DNA from: Anthoceros angustus
Lineage: Eukaryota > Plantae > Anthocerotophyta
Assembly: GCA_010909165.1 (NCBI GenBank)
Contig: MU008158.1
Span: 2,629,478-2,693,477 of the forward strand
Direction of reading: 5' to 3'
Length of the DNA: 64,000 bases
Part shown: positions 38,236 to 51,500 of the stretch, in pieces
Position numbering within the stretch: position 1 is the stretch's first letter
Layout: each line of letters begins with the position of its first letter
Program-made: the position numbers and the translations under genes
Notes under the pieces: model-generated
Told to the model about the DNA's origin: nothing
The model's input: only the letters and a program-made list of their open reading frames with translations
Databases searched by the model: none

Positions 38236-41200
38236 GTATCGAGCCAATATGCTCTTGCCGATGATTATTTTCTTTTAAAGGAAGGAAAAATGCTTTAGTC
38301 CTTGCTTGTGAATGCCGTGTTGCGGAACTGGGCGGAGCTTGAAGGGTGCATTTTTGTGTAGGGAGAATAGCGGGAAGCTAGGCTGGGCTGTCGTCCTTTG
38401 GCTAGCCATGATCACAAGCGATCAGCGGCAGTGGACAGCAGCAGTGCGGTCTTAGCCTGCACACCTCTGCGCGGCAGCGCGGCGCATCTTTTGGTGACAT
38501 ACGGCGGCAGCGAGTGCAGGCACACCTCTAAGCGCAAGGCATGGCGTGCCCGTGTGGAGCCTTTGAGTGCATCGCTCGCCTCCAGCAATTGTTGCTTGTG
38601 CCTGAGATGTCACAGGTAGGCGCGAACCCAATTACAAGATGTTTTCATGTTGGGGATATTACTGTATGAATATTGCAGGTAGATCCCGCCAAGCACACCT
38701 CTAAGCGAGCAAGCGCGACAGCTGCGCCGGAACAGCAAAAGGCAAGAGCAAGATTGCGGCAGCAAGCAAAAGCGTTGCCACAAGCATCTCTCGCCCGTGG
38801 CCGCGGCTGGCGAGGCGGGCAGCAAGGCGCGGCGGCTGGCATGGCGATGCGAGCGAGGCAGGCGGGAGGCAGCATCCTGACGCGGCTGCCACATGGCGAG
38901 GCGTCACGGCGATTCTTAGCGGTCAATGATTCTTTCGAGCCGATTAACCACAAGCCGTCGGCGAAGAGCCCTAGCGGAGCGGCCACAACATGAGGCGGCC
39001 GCTGGCATGCGGAGCCTTGGCATGCAAGGAGCTGATGCCCCATCGCGAGGGATCTTCGCCGTGGGTGAAGACGGAGCATAAAAGCGGCATCTCTTTTGGC
39101 ATCTTTCGAGATTCTATGCTAATAAGCGGCTTCTAAATCTATAAAGGCGAATATCTTGTTTTTTAATTTTGTTTTTTTGGAGAGTCTTGCTAGGAAGCCT
39201 CATAATTCACGGACCCTTAAAATTAAAATTAATTAATTAATTAATTAATTAATTAATTAATTAATTAGCTATTAAATATGTTTTTTAGGCATTAGACGCA
39301 TGCATTTTGTGTGTATTAGTTTTTGCTACAATACCAATCTAGCTGCCTAGATTGTCGTAGACGTACTTTGTCCTGGTTCTAACCATTTTTATGGTGTAGT
39401 TTTTTATGCTTTCTGACCCCGCTGATGACAGTGATGGTAGTCAAGCATCAAATACTTTGTTTGGAAGTTTATTTGATACTCCAGAGGCAGAAGCTCATAT
39501 AGTAGAGTATTCCATATGGGATTTTTCTCCTCAATGTAATCTAGATTAAATATAATGGCGGCACCTTCTCATTCCCTCTTGTTCCCCTAACTCCTCTTAG
39601 GATAGAATTTAAGGATAAGGATAGATTTAATGGGTCCGATTACACCATATGGGCAATGAGAGTGTCAGATTTTAGAAGAAAGCAATTGATGGGGTTGTAG
39701 ATGGTTCGAACTGCTCCCCGCTCCGAGCCGCCACGATGTCGTTTTGGATTGGCAAAGAACAGGGCGTGCAAGAACTATTATTATTTCCGCTCTAGATCGA
39801 ACATGATGACACACACTTTGGGTGCTGCCACTTCAAGTGATGTGTGGAATAACTTTAAGATGATTTATAAGGACAGAGCTCGGCTTCCCTTGTTCAAGCA
39901 TTCGTGATTTTTTCAGCCTCGCATGAAAGATAACGAGCCGTGGAGTCTTATATTAACGGTTTCGCACTTGTGCTAACCTTTCATATTGTGGAGCAGATTT
40001 GACGAAGTTCATTGCTTGCAACCCTACAAGCATATCAATCTTTTGTAAGCGCCAGAGTGCCATTATCGAGCGGCGGTCAATCAGCGATTGCGGTGCAACT
40101 CACCTGATTACACTCGGTGTTTGGAGCTCTTCTAGCGGAGGAGAGGACTCGTGGCCTTAATAAGATGAAGGCCAGCTCAAGTGGTCAATCAAACTCAGAA
40201 TTTTGTTCACTTCTCGGCGGAGGGCTTTCGAGGATGGCGGGCGTGGCTTCCCAATCGAATTTTCAGCGTTCACATATAATCCTAATTATCAGCGGCACCA
40301 GCGAAATATGACTTGCCATTGGTGCAAGATACCATATTGAGAAGAATTGCGGAAGAAAAGGGCAGTGAGCCTCGTCGAGATGCAAGTCTTCCAGATCAAA
40401 CCTCACAACCACAAAGGCTAAGTCTTCCACAATCTTAGCTGTTTGTCTTTCATCTCATTCTCAAGTAGAAACTTGGTTTTAGATTCGAGGAGCTACTCAT
40501 ATTTGTTTTGTGAGACACTCATTTAAAACTTTCTCACCCACATATGATGCCAATCGGTTTGTGCTTTTGGGTGATGACTGGGCTTTCCATCAAGGGCTCG
40601 GGCTCGTGGTCATACAACTCCCGGATGAGTCTTCACTCACACTTTCGGTGTTTTATTTGTTCCTTCTATGACCAAAAATTTGATGTCGGTGCTTAAGTTG
40701 TCACAAGAACACTCTTGCCGAGTCTGCTTTGATCAAATGGTTGCAGTAACGCATGTTCCATCAAGCCATGACCTTTTCACGGGCACCCCTTTTCATGATT
40801 TGTATTTATTAGATGTCAAATCCATAGTGCAACCTCAACCCACTCGATCTGTTAATGCCATTCAAACAAGCTTCAATGCACCTTTGGCATTGTCGTCTTG
40901 CCCATATAAATTTTGCGTCTAGCATCTCTTACAAGGGTGATAGCTTTGAGATCCACTTACCTATGTCCCTTAGTCACCCCTTTTGTGACTCTGTCGACTT
41001 AGTAAAGCATTTCTAAGCCATATACGGATCTCCACTCAACAAGGGCCTCGCCTTTTGGATACTATTCATAGTGATATTTGTGGCCCTATGTCCAGCTCAT
41101 TTGGAGGAGCTTATTTATTACATTCATAGATGAATGGAGCCGCTATTGTATTGTTTATGTGTTAAGAAATAAAAGCGAGGCTTTTATGTGTTTTCAAACC

Positions 41201-43765
41201 TATGCGGTTGCATCCGGCAAAGTCACAAGGTTAAAATTTTCTGTGATGACAATGGCGGCGAATACATCGCAATGCTTTTCGAATTTTGCTCTTTGGAAGG
41301 GATACAACACTCACTGACAGCCTCCACCTTTCGAACTCCTTTCTTTGAGAGGAAAAACGGACACGCAAGAGGCTACTTTGGCCTCTCACTCTTACTGCCT
41401 CTCTCGTGGATATTGGGGTGAGGCATTGATGGCTGCAAATTATGTTCTCAACCGACTACCTACTAAGGAGCTTGGATTGACAACTCCTTATGAGAGATGG
41501 ATGGAAAGAAGCCCATAGGGCACATTTTGGATCACCGCTTATGCTTATGTCCCACTGCTACTGTCATAAGATGGATTTGAAGGCTAATTTTGTGGGTTAC
41601 TCCGATGATGTGAAGGGTTACAAGTTGTTTGATCCGATTACGCCGGTGACCATTTCCGTGTGGTTTTTAACGAAGATATTTTGCTTCGTCAACATCTGCT
41701 CAACTCCTGGCGCAACTATGCCTCCGCATCTATATCGTGTTTCGGACCCACCTCTTTTGCGTTTGATGATTCTTGTGTTACTATTTTGAGGATGACTCCT
41801 CTTTGGCAGAGGGGCTGCTCCTATTACCCCTGCGCTCCGTTGTAGTTGATGATGTTCACCCGCACATCCAGGTGGCTAATGACACCTTTGTGATGATCCA
41901 GACATGATGGCGTTAATGAAGCCAATGAAGAGCCTCCTCAAGTACTACGCTCCACTAGACACCGTCCTCCAAGGTCAGTGGAAAGAGCCTCCATATGTCA
42001 GTATTCAGAGAGAATCCTTTTCCACCTCCTTATGTTTTAGTGTTGTAGAATCATTAGGTGAACCCACCTATAGAGAAGCAATTGAAGGGCCTGAAGCTTC
42101 CTTTTGGCAAAAGGCTATTGAGTCCGAATATCAATCTCTCATTTCTAACAAAACTTGGGTTCTTGTTGATCTCCCTCAGCAAACCCTTGCTTGTAAGTGG
42201 GTCTTCAAGAAGAAACTTAATACGATGGTAGTGTTGGTAGGTATAAGGCTCGCCTCGTGGCAAAGGGTTATAGTCAAGTAGCGGACTAGACTACAATGAA
42301 ACATTTGCCCAGTTGTTAAGTCTACCTCCATAAGAATACTCTTGGCCCTTGCTGCTCACTACAATCTCCTCGTACATCGCTTAGACGTAAAAGCGCTTTT
42401 CTTAATGGCACCTTAGATGAGGTCATCTACATGGCCCAACCGGAAGGTTTTATTATAGACCCTAATAAAGTGTGACTTTTAAAAACACTTTATGGTCTTA
42501 AATGATCCTCCGTGCATGGAATGAAGTGTTTCATGCATTGCTCATAGAATTGGGTTTCACATGTTTGGACGCTGATACCAGCGTATATATTTTATGGGAT
42601 GGCAATGATTTTATCATTTTAACTGTTTATGTGGATGACAATATTTTATTTAGCACGTCACCAACTCTTATGGCAAGAATAAAAGCAGTTCTTTTGGCAA
42701 GATTTGATATGACTGATTTGGGGCAGTTATCATTTTCTCTTGGTGTTCAATTTCATTTTAACACTTTTGATAATACTATTGATATTCATCAAGAGCATTT
42801 TGTACATCAACTACTTAAGAGATTCAAGATGGAGGATGCGACGATGACACCTATGTCTATAGGTGAAAAGCTATCTAAGGAACAATGCCCAACAACGAGA
42901 AGAAAAGGTTGAGATGGCACTCAAGCCTTATCGACATTGTTGGTTGTTTAATTTATCTATCGAGTTGGACTAGATTAGACATTACACCGCGATTAGTAAT
43001 GTTAGTCAATTTTAGAGAACCACGGCTTGCCACATTGGGCTGCGATGAAGAGGATTTTAGGTACCTCAAAGGAACACGCAAAGGTTTACGTTTTCTAAGC
43101 AATCGGATGGTTTTGCTTATGTCCTTTGTGATCGATTGGAGACCAGACACTAGGCGTAGTGTAGCAGCCTCTTGTACGTTTTAGGTGGATCGATTTCTTG
43201 GTCTAGTAAAAGCTCACCACTATTTGTCTCTCCTCTACAGGCGATATGGTGCTATGACACAAGTCGCTAGAGAGGTTATTTGGATTCGATCTTTCTTATG
43301 TGGACTTAAGCGGCTTCATGAAGGACCAACTCGGCTTTGGTGCGACAATCGATCGACCATTGCTTTATCGAAGAATCCGGTTTTCATGCTAGGAGCAAGC
43401 ATATTGAGATTGCTCATCATTTTATAAGACAAGCGGTAGTAAAGAGGTAAAAGTGGACTATGTTGATACTTGAGAATGTGGTGATCTTTTGACCAAAGCT
43501 TTGCCAAAGCTAGTACATGAGAAGCATACTTTGGCGGTGGGCTACAAACTATACTGCGTGAACAAAGCAGCACTCATTAGGTTGATTCTCACCTTTATTT
43601 GGCTTGGTGATTTGGATGAAGCCTTATTGTTTATATAATCTTCACACTTGTCAAAACTCTTTTTCCTGTTTATACAAACAGTGGGAGTACACTTTCATTG
43701 TGAAGTTCATCTTCAAGATATTTTCCAAGCTTATCAATTAACTCCTAATTGCAACTAAGTGGGAG

Positions 43766-44017
43766 TAATGGAATATAGCTTATTTGGAATAAATATGTGT
43801 AAAACATAATAGTGATTTAAGTCACAATTAGAATTAGGTTTTGTTTCATTATTAGTTAATTAATAACCGTCAATAACCGTCAATAACCGTTTTTTTTATA
43901 AGACACCTTTTTGTTACATTAGTTGAATATCTTACAATCCCAACTTGCTCTTGTCTCCCTTGCTTTCATCTTGCGATCATCGCATTGCACATGCGATCCT
44001 GACCCACAAATTCTTTA
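43766..44017 (+). repeat. Copia 3' LTR
   Basis: Aligns with 37969-38235, is preceded by the purine tract, and has fewer aataaccgtc units. Confidence 0.93.
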
Positions 44018-44499
44018 TTCCGCGGAATGAATCTACACCAAGTAGAGAGGGAAGGTGGGGTGTTGCCTTCATGAAGGAAGACCGCAGGGATCGAGTCTGT
44101 AATCCAGCAACTCCTTAAATGCTTTATCAGCGTCCGTGTTTTGCCATTGTCCCCTAATGTAGCAAATGTTATATTGAGCATATTCTAAGGTATATGCTAG
44201 TTATGCCAGGTAAATAGTGTTCAGCGTGGCATAACGATGGCTAAATTATCCACCGACTAGCATTGTATCATGCGTTCCCGGTTAAAGTGGACACCTCGAC
44301 TTCATTACTAGCATTTGCGGCTCTTTCGCCCGAATTATATCGTCTTGCGCATCCACCTCATCCACCTTGCATCCCTCCTCCTCCCATGGGCGTCAGCGCC
44401 CCTCGGTGTGAGCAATAGCCCAGCGGCCAGCGGCGTGTTCGATTTTGCACACTTGGTGGCGGGTCAAATGCATGTCATTACAAGGTGGCCATAGTCGGC

Positions 44500-46580
44500 G
44501 ACTCAATTGTTGATCTCGGGCGGATGCACAACCCAGCGGAGTTTTGAGGGATTCACGAGCTATGGCGGCGCGTCGGCGGGCATAGTCCTTGAAGAGACCT
44601 TTGGTGGCAGACTTCTAGCGGTGGAAGCGATAGCGATGTGCGTGTTCCGGATATGGAGAGTGGGAGGATATGGTTGCGCGATGGCGACCTTTTTACCCAG
44701 TGCGATGCGAGGCGGAGAGGATCGCTGAAGAACTCGTGCGGCGTTTAGGATGTCCGTGCTCGGCCGCGACGGCGGCCCGGCCGTGTGCCACCACGAGGCG
44801 GCTCGCACCATCCATCCGGACTTCTTATCACCGGTGGCGGCGCATCGCGAAGATGTACCTGTTGGCGCATTTGGCGGATAACACCGGGCCTGCCGGCGAC
44901 AAGGTCGCCCTCCGGCGGATCGTGGGCGGGTCGAATACTATCGAGAATGTGCTACACGGGGAACCTGGGCAAGACTACGATGTGGAGAGTGTTGCGAGTC
45001 TCCGGACTTTGGTGAGAAGATCCACATTGTTGATTTTGGGCTTGGCTTGGAAACAATATCGCACGGGTGATGGAGTTGAGTCTTGGGAGTCGTCAAGAGC
45101 TAATGTGGTCCGTGGTCCCGGATCTTTGTTTGGTGATTGTGATGCCATCCGGTTGGAGTTGCACGAGATGATGCCTCGCGCACATCCGAGCCAAAGGTGA
45201 GGATTTGCTGAACAGCGTTGCCAGCGTAAAGTACCTCCGGCCAGCTAGAATGGATTTGGTCTTAGAGCATTGTTCGAGGCCAAGTTGTGCGATTTAAAGC
45301 GGCATTGTTGTGACAAAAATGTTTAGGCGTGTTGGCCATTCCAAATTGAAGGTGATTAGTGTAGCATTCTTCCGCATGACAAAGGAGGCGGAGCGCATTT
45401 GCAAGACCATACGGATCGATCGAAGGCGAAGAGGAGTTGTTGCCATAGTATGGATAAACGGATTCCACATGGGAAGAAGCGGTGTGTGTGAGGGCTTTTA
45501 CCGGGTTTTACGCATTGGGTCACTAAGATACAAGAATCGCCGAGGTAGTGAAAAATGTTAGATGGACCGTAGGCTCACGGTCTATAGCAACCAACGCCAT
45601 ATGGATTACTGTCTGTGGATGGGCGTTTTCTTCAAAGAAAGTCATGCGGAAAGGCGAATCGGGAAGTCTTCAACTTGCGACATTGCAAGAGAGATCTTCA
45701 TTGAGTATGCAGCGTGAGCGGATCATGTGCTCCACGTTTGTTACTTTTGCAAGCTTTGGATGAAGTATTTCAGGTTATTAAAATACCACAGTGCAGGTTT
45801 TGATCTGTCGATGCGATGACCTAAAGAGGAAAATAAAAAAGGTCGGACCACGTACAAGGTGAGATGGCGGTCCTTATTCCGGTCACCGGATGTCCGCGAA
45901 CTTTGGCGCAACCCAGCCTCATACCCTTTTCTTGCGAATGAAGGCGGGGCTTGAAATAAACCGTGTGCACATTCTTGGCCCTTATTGTTGCGTGTGCGAG
46001 ACAAGAATGTGGGCTTTCGGACTCCAGAACAACTCGAAGGAGGCGAAAATGGCGCAAGCCGGCTGCTTGAGGCGGCTAAGTTCATTGGTATTGCCATAGA
46101 TGGTATGGACCAAAAAAAGCGAGTTGCCCCATTCTGCAGATTGCCAAAAGGCGGTTGATTCGAGCCCTTGTCTTCACGTTCTAGGTGTCTTGGTGTTCAC
46201 TTGAGTGCGCACAGTGTATTTGAGTTTCCGAATGTGAGAAATGATCCGAATGGGCTGTGGCCGTGATTGACATGTTATCAATACAGGAGGGCGCTCCCCT
46301 ATTCTATACTTGCGGATGGACAACATTGCTCAAAACAAGAATCGAGAATGGCATATCATCCATGCTTGTGGCGAAAGGTATCTTCAAAAATCAAGGTGGG
46401 GTTTCTTCTTGTTGGCCATACCCACGATCAGTTGACCAAATGTTTTTGAGGTTCTCGGTTGTGCTAGGGTTGAAGGATGCTTTCACATTGCGAAATGATA
46501 GGGTTCTTTGAGTGGGCGTACACCCCATCACCATGATTCACATCTTGAAGGAGGTGCGGACTTCAAGACAACAAGGTCTC
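44500..46580 (+). mobile_element. Frameshifted DUF7869-type putative DDE transposase, copy 1
   Basis: FCKLWMKYF...KIP...C..CDDLK, GIAIDGMDQKK-ELPH (46087-46130), LYL-MDN..QNKN (46305-46342), MLVAKGIFK and GFLLVGHTHD-VDQMF (46399-46445). Confidence 0.75.
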
Positions 46581-48599
46581 TAGAAGTAGACACACTCCTC
46601 TTTTAGAGGCAGGATGTCCATTTGGTCACATTCGACCTACAAATTGGCAACCAATCTGGATTTGGTGCTTTTCCAAAACCAAGGGCAAAAACCGCACTAT
46701 TTCCATTTCCGTAGTTGTCAAAAGCATCTTTTCTACCTTTTGATGTCTTTTAACCCGTTAAGAAAGGTCCATGGTTGGATCAAGTTGGAAAATACCCGTT
46801 TAAGGCTTTTTAAGGGCATTTTCGCAAAAACCGTTGTCGTTTTGAATCGGACATTTATGACAATTTCGGACCAATGTGCTAAGTTGAAAACTGCAATGAC
46901 ACCTCAATATGCTAACACGGTTTTTGTACACATTGGTCCAAGTATGCCCGACATCCCCTTACCGATCGCAAGGTTGTGGCACCATAAAAACAAGAAGGAT
47001 ATGTGTCTTCATGTCAACTACCGATACACAAACATGCATGCACACATCGATTTGGTACTATAGTGGGAGACTAGAGGTATAAGACACCAAGATCCCACAT
47101 GGGCCATATGCCCAACTATATGTCCGTTCCAAACTATACAAAAATGCTCACATATATTAAAAGAAAAGTGCCATGGCACCATATAAGCAAATCGGACAAC
47201 GGTCACTTTTGAATTTAGTCAAGTGACCCATACTCATAAGCGAATAGACTAGGGTGTCGGACCTAGGTTGGATCTGCGGTCTGGCGACAAGCTTTTCTTT
47301 TAAGAGGCCGGACATCCGTGACCTTTGCACCATGTCCGGACAAAGCCAACAATTTCGCCCTCGTATGATCAAGTTTGAAGTCTGGCGGTGCTCTAGCACT
47401 CCACCCACACAAGCCTATCCTAGCTGTGGCCGTGGCTCCCAAAAAGGAGGGACCTCATCAGCTTGCTTCCCTCCATGTCAACCTCCCGCCTATATGTTGG
47501 CACCTACATACATGAAGCGATCGTCATTGGCTCACAAGAAGACCTTACTACCCATGCACGGCGACCGGTAACATCAACCGGGCTGACGCATCAACGGCAC
47601 AACACCAGCAATCACCGGTACCCGGCAACCGGCGGATGCATGAATTGAAACACCTTACTACCAAAAGCCTTCACTCGGCCGAGGCTCGGCTTCACATCCT
47701 CGGTGCCAATGCCTTGTTTCACTACCGCCATTACAAGCGCCGGCTCCCTCACGCCTTCTTGCACGCCTCTTACGCCTCTAGCTCCTCCTTCGTCAACTCC
47801 ATTGCTTTCGGCGGATATGGTGCGAACCTCCAGCTCCATCTCGGTGCCTTCACCTCCTTCCCAGTGAGAGATCATGGCGGATGTCACGGGGCCTCACTCC
47901 TCCTCGGTTATAGTCCTCACCTCCTCCGGGCTCCCTCAAAGAAACCCTTATCCCCTCCCCCACAGGGAACCACGAGGCTTTGGGAGTGGCAAGCGGATGC
48001 CACTCGAATAAGGGTTGGCCACCAATTGGCGATGATGCCTCGGAGGGCGCCCCACGCTCCCTCAAAGTGGCTCTCCTCCGCCTCTTCTCGCAATGTGCTG
48101 TGCGTGACCCGTGGTGGGGGCGGTAGCCGCCACGCCGGTCCTCATATCCACTTTGGTGCAACAACACTCTGCAGGCGTCGGTTCGCTCACCCTCGGCCTG
48201 ACCCAGTGAGCCGGAAAATTGGCACACGAATGGATTCTTCCTCCTGCGTGCTCACACTGGAAGGCAAACACAGGAGAATTGCTGTGTTGGAGAGTAAAGC
48301 TACTTGGCAAAGGGCCAAAATACCACATGGCGTGTGCAGTTTCGCTCAGCTGTCCCAACGCCCCAATAGCTCAAAAGCCCGCGGCTGCACCTCAAAAGCC
48401 AGGCAGCACCCTATCACAAAAACCCAAATATGGCTGGCGAAACAAGCGTAATGCTCACCACAATTAGAAGCGACCGAGCTTTAGCACGGACATCCGGTGC
48501 AAAGGCACAATGCATCAACATCAAAACTCTATGTCAAAACATGAACACGGGATCACACATCCACATATACCCTAAACATCGATGTCACGACTATGTATT

Positions 48600-51500
48600 C
48601 ACTGTCCTCGACCTCAGCACTCTCTCTGGGCCAACCTCGAAATTCGAATCCTTGGTGGGTTAAGATCTGGCTCCTCACCGGAGTCCACACCTTCCAGCAA
48701 GTCTACCAAATAATCAACGGATGCATCAGAAGATTCAACGTTGTCCAAGTCTTCGGAATCAATTCGTTCGTCACCACTTGCTTCACCATCAACAGGAGGA
48801 AGCAAAGCCGGTTCCTCACTAGGCTCGCGTAACTCAAGACCTTCCTCCTCGGCATGTCCATTGTGTCTTTGCTCAAAGTCTTGTTCCTCGTCAACTCGAA
48901 ATCATAACCCATGATTGTGGTCTCCAAAAGCTTGATTGGTTGCACATGTTTCTTCAAAGGGTGCCCTCCTTTCTCTGACTGCGGAGGTTGGGCACCCACT
49001 CTTCCGAATACCCTCCAATGCATTAGGGTTTTCGATGCGCCACCGGTGGACTTGCGCTCGGTCCAGTGACTTCATGGTCTACATCCTTACCCGGCCGGAA
49101 AGGCCGTCCGGATCATCTCCACTGGACCGCAATCATCATGCCGGCTGGATCTCTTTAACCGATCCTCCTTTGTTCGGGGTTCCTCTTGCATTCACGTGGC
49201 CTGTAAACCTCTCGCTCATGTCCAATATGCGTCTACAAGTGTAGCGTCCACTATCACTTCATCCGGAAGAGCCACTGGTTCTTGAATGCTCCTCCGGTTA
49301 TACCATTTCCATCGTGTCCAATGGACGAAGAGCTCAGACGCTACTACACCCGCTATGGCCTGCTCTTCCCAAAACCATCCCACCAGGTGATGACCATTGA
49401 AGACTTCTGGAAGTTCTTAAGCTGTCTGTTGTCTTCCACTCCGTAGCCCTATCAGCCGCACGCATGTTCTCTTTGGCCCTTGGATTTCCTACGACTGAGT
49501 GGCGAGTGGAGCCGCAATAATCTCCCTCTCGGGACTCCATCCCGCTGAACACCACCATCGGCTCCAATGCGCGGGATGGAAAAGCTTGCACCTCGGGCTC
49601 ACAAACACATGACTAGGCAACTCTTGAGTGATTTTAAAGCGATGTTGGAAAGCGTGATTATGTAGAGTAAATGTTGCGACCCAGTGACCACAAATATTGC
49701 TTAAAGTTGGGCACCTCTTTCATAAGATAGATCTTTGGTGTCGAGTATAAGCCCTCTCAAGGCAACCGATTAGCTCAAGGTGTAGGCCTCCTTGATTTAG
49801 CACAAAAACGGAAAACATTTGATCAATCGATCATGGGTATGGCCAACAATTAGAAATCCTAGTTTCACCTTCTTGAAAATACCTCGGTCCACTAACATGG
49901 CGCTGCCAACACTTCTTAGTTCTTATTCTAGCGGTATTGTCCATCTGCAGTAAAGAGTTTGAGGCAACTGGCCCTCCCATCCGTTAATAACATGCTGGAC
50001 TACGGCAATTGTCCGTTAGGGTCATTTCAGATTTGGATAGCTCGTAAACATAAGTTCTCATGTATTTGTTAAACACCAAAACTCCAACCACATGGAAGAC
50101 GAGCACTATCCACATCTTTGGGCACTCATCGGAAATGAGGCAACTCGGTTTTCTTTTGGTCCATACCATCTATCGCAATCCCAGTGCTTGGTCGGTTGAG
50201 CCATACACTTGCCGCGATGCTTTGCCATTTCGCCCTCCATCTGTTGATCCCGGTGGTAATTGAGGAGTTCCCTAAGTCTATCGCACATACCGACAAGTGC
50301 CATCGTCAATAGCAGCCCCGAACAACTCCAGTCCGGTAGCTACATCAACCTTTGTCGAACCCTAAAGAACGGTCTAGGGTTTTCCCGACAACTACTAGAA
50401 AAAGGACACCTAGCAATCACCGGACATCCGTGCTTAAAAAGGGAGCGGTTCATACGCAATACCTTGCTCCTATCGTTTCCGTTTTAATTTTCGCTTTAAG
50501 CTTCTCACGGCCCAGACAGAATCGGTTGCATCTTGGAATCTTGACGGACCGCCGTATCCACGACTTGCAAAAATAGCTATAACAAACATGAGTGGTAATT
50601 GCTCTAGCCTAGCATACTCAATGTAAATCTCCTCTTTTGTGAATGTATCCGGTTGAGGTTGAACACTTCCTGTTGGGTAGTCTTCCACGTTTCTTTTGAA
50701 AACATATCCATCCACATGACTGCGGTGTATGAAGTTGGAATTTTACCGGGCCGCCCTCGGCAAACCTAGTCCCCTCGCACCCGGGCATTCCGATATCGTA
50801 GTGCACCAATAAAACTCGGCGGAATGCTTACCCACAATTGAAACCTTCCCATGTGGCGCTTGTTCACCCATCCGGTCACCATACTTTCCTCGTCTTCGAC
50901 AACATCAATAAGGTCTTGCAAATGCTGTTCCTGCTCCCCTTTTGTCATGGAAAAAAAAGAACAACGAAGTGACTTCAGTCTGCCATTCCCGCCTTGCTAA
51001 ACACTTTTTCGTACAACATTGTCTCTTCATGTTCTGCTGAAAGCTTCTCTGATTTTCGCGTACATGATCCACTTAACCCTTGCGACGGTTCTTTGTTGAG
51101 CAAACAACCCTATCGCGAGATTGCAACTCCAACCCCCCGGACTTAGGATTAGCGAGGCGGCATTTCGGGCAAATCTTCATTGTGATCTAGTGCCGACATC
51201 TCCAAACAAGGCAATTGGATCACGTGCAGTTTGGTCGCTGCTGCTCCGCGGTCCTCCATGACCCAATGCCGCGAAATCGAAACCGTCTACGATCGCATGC
51301 ATCTTCTCACCCGCGACTCACCAACACTCTGCTTGATCCGTCTTGTTGTCATTCGTGCGGTGGTGTGACACAAGGTTGATGGTACTCTTGCGAAGCACAC
51401 AATGGACTTGTTGTAGGTGCAACCTTGTCACCTTCCGCCAGAGCCACCCGCTGCGTGGATTTGGATCGAGCAGAACATCCCAATTTCTTGGCACTGGCGA

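Larger units (their letters stand above)
37969..44017 (+). mobile_element. Full-length Ty1/Copia LTR retrotransposon (frameshifted gag-pol ~39555-43560)
   Basis: Paired LTRs with TSD ttccc (37964-37968) / ttccg (44018-44022). Degenerate Met PBS gtatc-gagcc at 38236 and PPT-like aagtgggag at 43757. Motifs: gag DRFNGSDYTIWAMRV, integrase FITFIDEWSRY, RT YMAQPEGF and TVYVDDNILF, RNase H LWCDNRSTIALSKNPVF; order IN-RT-RH. Confidence 0.95.

Noticed and set aside
47636-48451. 271-aa plus-strand ORF as a host gene
   Set aside because: No recognisable domain, biased His/Ser/Ala composition typical of an antisense frame, and it lies among TE remnants.
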